Virus record (IMG/VR): IMGVR_UViG_3300020530_000006
Length of the DNA: 64,000 nt
Reading direction: 5' to 3' (one strand)
Source: a virus
A program made the translations under genes and the position numbers. Below, one piece after another: positions 60,672 through 64,000 of the stretch. Within the stretch, counting starts at the first letter, position 1. Every line of letters begins with the position of its first letter. The notes beneath the pieces are model-generated. The model saw only the letters and a program-made list of their open reading frames with translations, did not search any database and was not told where the DNA came from.

Positions 60672-62740
60672 TATAGAACACTCCTAACTTCCACAGCAAT
60701 AAGTTCAGCATCTCCAGTCATAGTGTCATTAGTAGTATCACTAACATCTCTATAAATTTTGATCCTAAAGAAATCACCAGCAACTAATGAATCTATGGTT
60801 GTGCATGTTATTGTTGTTGTGGTTGGTATTCCGGCGGTGCCGTTAGTAGCAGAATGAGCTTCTGTTGCGGTATCGAATGAATCGGCATCCTCGTCGGTAT
60901 TCATATCTTCAAATTGAATACCCCAACGACAATTACCACTGGTAGCAGTAGTTGCCATCCAATGAATTCGTACTGAAAGTCCTGATGCTAGATTAGCATT
61001 ATCTGGTACAACCCCAACAAATACTGCACTTTCTTCTGTCGTGTCGTCGAAATCTAAAACAGCAATACTGTTTCTCGTATCTAATGTTGCGAATGCGGAT
61101 GCTGGAGGTTGATTATCTAGAGCTGTAAATAATCTTAAAGTTTTTGTTTTTAATGGAGTTCCTGCGGTCGCAGCACCCTCTGTTATATCTAGATAGTATC
61201 CTCTGTTAGATCCTGTGGTCTCAAAAATTCGTAATCTATTTTGCCATAAATCTATTGTGAGATTACCACTAATGGAACTATTTGTTGCTGGTTTATTGAG
61301 TAATATTTCTCCACCCTCATCGCCAGATGATTGTGAGCTAATAAATCTATTAGCATTAATATCTGAACTAAATAGACCAGAGCCAATAACATGAAGTTTT
61401 GAGGTGGGCGACGCTGTTCCAATTCCAACATTACCACCACTACTAATTACAAAATCATTTTGATTATATCGTCCACCAATCACTCTATCATCACTAAATA
61501 CTTCAAACACTGGTAACCCAGCATTATTATTAACACTCATAAGAGTGCCACTAAGATTGTCTATAACGCTAAATAATGACCCATTAGTACCCTCAACATT
61601 AAATATCATATCCCCACTAGTAGCTGAATACAGATCTAGTAAAGCATTTGGAATTATACCTGTTGTGGTAGAAAACAATCCAGTTCCTATAACATTTAAT
61701 GTTCCGGATGGTAAAGCGGTACCTACACCCAATCTATTATTAGTAGCGTCCCAAAATAATTGACTAGCATCGTGAGCTATTCCGCTACTACTAGTCCAGT
61801 ATGCTATATGATTCGCTGCTCCTGTGCCAGTAACAGGATTTGTTAAAGTATTTTGTTTAGCATTAAGTTGGGTTTGTAGTGCGCTCGTAACACCCTTAAC
61901 ATAACTTAATTCGGTTAAGCTTGGATATGTTCCAGTAGCTAGAGAGGTAATATTTTTATTACCGTCAAAACCCGCTATGGTGTTTGCTGTTTGATTATTT
62001 ATCGTTACATTATTACTAAAATAACCACTACCAGTAACATATAGAGCATAGTCATTTACCGGTGAAGCGCCAACACCAACAGAAACTCCTGATCCGCTCC
62101 AATTGAAATTTGGTTGTCCATAGTTATTAACTAAACTTCTACCGCCCCAACTTACTGAATTGATTCCGTCGCTGCTATTTAGTATAAGTTCTTCACCCTC
62201 AAATATAGGAATATCATTGAAATTTCTAATAAAAACATACTCATCATCCACATCTATATAATCTAAATTTCCTATTCTAGCACTTCCGCTACAAACAAAA
62301 GTAGTACCATCAAATGTAAGATTCGACTCAGCATTTATGCCAACAGTACTTCCTGTGCTTGTAAGAATTCTATTATTTCCACTATTTGATATGGTTGGTA
62401 ATAATCCACTTACGCTAGAGTTAAAGTCAGTTATATTTGACGAGGTATGGGTATGACCACTAAAACTAACCCCGGTTACACTAACAGTAAAACTATTAGT
62501 ACTATCATTATAGTTTAGATTGATGCCAGTACCAGCAACGAATAGTCCACTGCCTATACGATCATCAACAGCCTCATTGAAATCAGTAATTGAAGAAGCC
62601 GTATGAGTATGACCACTAATACTGACAACAGTTCCATTAAATGTTAGATTAGTAAAAACACCACTAATAGCGGTAACTATACCACTAACACTAATATTGC
62701 CACTACTAGATACATTATTTGTACCATAATCAATAGGCAT
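60671..62740 (-). CDS. Tail fibre protein
   Basis: Two SGHTH...ITDFN repeats, ELSYVKGVTSALQTQLN coil, RLGVGT/GNVGIGT repeats, C-terminal globular domain. Confidence 0.8.
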   Translation of the reverse strand: MPIDYGTNNVSSSGNISVSGIVTAISGVFTNLTFNGTVVSISGHTHTASSITDFNEAVDDRIGSGLFVAGTGINLNYNDSTNSFTVSVTGVSFSGHTHTSSNITDFNSSVSGLLPTISNSGNNRILTSTGSTVGINAESNLTFDGTTFVCSGSARIGNLDYIDVDDEYVFIRNFNDIPIFEGEELILNSSDGINSVSWGGRSLVNNYGQPNFNWSGSGVSVGVGASPVNDYALYVTGSGYFSNNVTINNQTANTIAGFDGNKNITSLATGTYPSLTELSYVKGVTSALQTQLNAKQNTLTNPVTGTGAANHIAYWTSSSGIAHDASQLFWDATNNRLGVGTALPSGTLNVIGTGLFSTTTGIIPNALLDLYSATSGDMIFNVEGTNGSLFSVIDNLSGTLMSVNNNAGLPVFEVFSDDRVIGGRYNQNDFVISSGGNVGIGTASPTSKLHVIGSGLFSSDINANRFISSQSSGDEGGEILLNKPATNSSISGNLTIDLWQNRLRIFETTGSNRGYYLDITEGAATAGTPLKTKTLRLFTALDNQPPASAFATLDTRNSIAVLDFDDTTEESAVFVGVVPDNANLASGLSVRIHWMATTATSGNCRWGIQFEDMNTDEDADSFDTATEAHSATNGTAGIPTTTTITCTTIDSLVAGDFFRIKIYRDVSDTTNDTMTGDAELIAVEVRSVL

Positions 62741-62750
62741 ATTTTAATCC

Positions 62751-63107
62751 TTATTCTGGAGAAACTGGCGTTTCTGGCTCAACTATAGTAACGGTACCAT
62801 CTTCATTTATTATAAAGTTACCAACTAGATCAACTCCTTCGGCTATGGCTTCTGGTTTAACGGTAGCAATAAGTTGGCCGAGCTTGTGATGCAACTCAAA
62901 AACTTCTTTAGCGTCTTCCCCCAATTCAGCAGCAATCTCTGATGGGGTGGCGCCCATACCATTTTTCCAAAATATTTGAGCACCCTGATTAAAAGATTGA
63001 ACCATTTGTTGATAAGTTTGTTTGGTCATTTGAATTAAACGATTAGCGGCCATTTTAGCTTTGGGAATTTCTATTCTGTCTGGCCTGTTGTTGTCTAATA
63101 TACTCAT
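62751..63107 (-). CDS. Hypothetical protein
   Basis: 118-aa ORF coupled to the sulfotransferase gene. Confidence 0.7.
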   Translation of the reverse strand: MSILDNNRPDRIEIPKAKMAANRLIQMTKQTYQQMVQSFNQGAQIFWKNGMGATPSEIAAELGEDAKEVFELHHKLGQLIATVKPEAIAEGVDLVGNFIINEDGTVTIVEPETPVSPE

Positions 63108-63108
63108 T

Positions 63109-63909
63109 TTAATTTTTCCATAATTCTAGATTACTATATTTTTCTACTAAAAATTTACCTAATATTTTATCACTATCATGGGGAACAGGAACTACTACTG
63201 GTTTGATTTTGTGCAAATCTTGGATTCTATGAACTCCTTCGTCATCCTCCTGAGTGTATTGTTCCACATTATTAAAGTTGTGTTGATAGTAGGGTAATTC
63301 TAAATAATCATACACCATTTTGAGGGTCTGCGTTGGCTGGCTAGTTAATTGGTCAAATTCCACAAAAAGAAGATCGTTCTGATAGCCTCTAGTAATAGTA
63401 TCTTTTACTCTGTTGTATGCTAGTCCTACTGGTTGACCAGCACTAGCCCAAATATCACAGCGTCCCTCCACAGTTTGACTCTTGATATAATCACCCTGTT
63501 CAAAGTTCCACTGACTTTGACCAGTACTTTTTCTCCATAGTTTTTCAAAACTACTTAGTATTTCTGTAATATTACGCACCGGGACTATAATTTTAGGGGT
63601 TGAACCATTTATAAATTCAATCATTTCTATCAAAGAAAGCCATCCTCTACCCTTATCAATAATAGTATTTTTATCTGTTGAATGATAATTATTTAATATA
63701 GAGTTTAGTACTCTCTTTAGTTGATTATAATCCACACCTTCCGCTTGATGCTCAATCAGTTTATCCCACTGATTTCTAACACCAAACAAAACATCGTGAC
63801 AGCCACTTGTTGCTTTGCTAACAAAAACGTTGTCATTTTGGGCTAATATATTACAAAGTAAGGTGCTTCCAGATCTTGGAAGTCCGCTAATAAAAAAGAA
63901 CTTTTTCAT
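63109..63909 (-). CDS. Sulfotransferase family protein
   Basis: 5'-PSB loop SGLPRSGSTLL, IIDKGRGW, 3'-PB PVRNITEILSS, FVEFDQL...P..TL..VY.YL; AGGAG SD. Confidence 0.85.
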   Translation of the reverse strand: MKKFFFISGLPRSGSTLLCNILAQNDNVFVSKATSGCHDVLFGVRNQWDKLIEHQAEGVDYNQLKRVLNSILNNYHSTDKNTIIDKGRGWLSLIEMIEFINGSTPKIIVPVRNITEILSSFEKLWRKSTGQSQWNFEQGDYIKSQTVEGRCDIWASAGQPVGLAYNRVKDTITRGYQNDLLFVEFDQLTSQPTQTLKMVYDYLELPYYQHNFNNVEQYTQEDDEGVHRIQDLHKIKPVVVPVPHDSDKILGKFLVEKYSNLELWKN

Positions 63910-64000
63910 ATTGTCTCCTGTTGTATCAGATCCTTATCCTATAATACTCATAAACATCATGGTGTACCATAACTAACTTGAGAGATATCCACAACTGCTA

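Noticed and set aside
24094-62740. Many short plus-strand ORFs within the structural arm (and minus-strand ORFs within the replication arm)
   Set aside because: They are codon-aligned antisense shadows of long, well-supported genes, with no recognisable motifs.
58022-62740. Diversity-generating retroelement acting on fibre or LamG genes
   Set aside because: No reverse transcriptase and no near-identical template/variable repeat pair seen in this window.
1-64000. Stop-codon reassignment, as in some large phages
   Set aside because: Genes are full length under the standard code, and TAA, TGA and TAG all end genes with tight coupling to the next start.
1-64000. tRNA genes, CRISPR arrays, integrase or IS elements
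   Set aside because: None recognised. Intergenic gaps are short, and the Cas4-like gene has no cas neighbours or repeat-spacer array.

Overview
A 64-kb piece of a large, AT-rich (roughly 30% GC by eye) tailed dsDNA phage, read with the standard code. It has two convergent arms that meet at about 23.75-24.09 kb. The + arm (1-23.7 kb) covers nucleotide metabolism, recombination and replication: class II ribonucleotide reductase, PhoH, HNH, RecA, DnaB, DnaG, dNMP kinase, a Cas4/AddB-like nuclease, a DnaE polymerase split into two genes around a DnaQ-like exonuclease, and SSB. It continues with a glycosyltransferase cluster, a Vsr/EDxHD-type homing-endonuclease-like gene, a Rad52-like annealing protein and a GC-rich Cys-rich cassette. 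The - arm (24.1-63.9 kb) is the virion module: a sulfotransferase, tail fibres, LamG proteins, a glycosidase-like propeller, a TPR-FkbM methyltransferase, neck proteins, two tail-tube paralogues, chaperones, a 3956-aa tape measure protein and tail-tip proteins. The strongest unannotated signal is a compact, ORF-less group I ribozyme core on the - strand (about 58,930-58,690). Its only convincing splice-site (U.G) helix forms with sequence downstream of the terminal G, which suggests a natural permuted intron-exon arrangement. Also notable: nuclease-like and HEXXH cargo between five repeated motifs in the tape measure protein, the intein-less split DnaE, a GC-rich cassette swapped in frame across two genes, an internally deleted LamG mini-gene and a probable AUU start codon. 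All calls come from reading motifs by eye; no database search or RNA folding was run.
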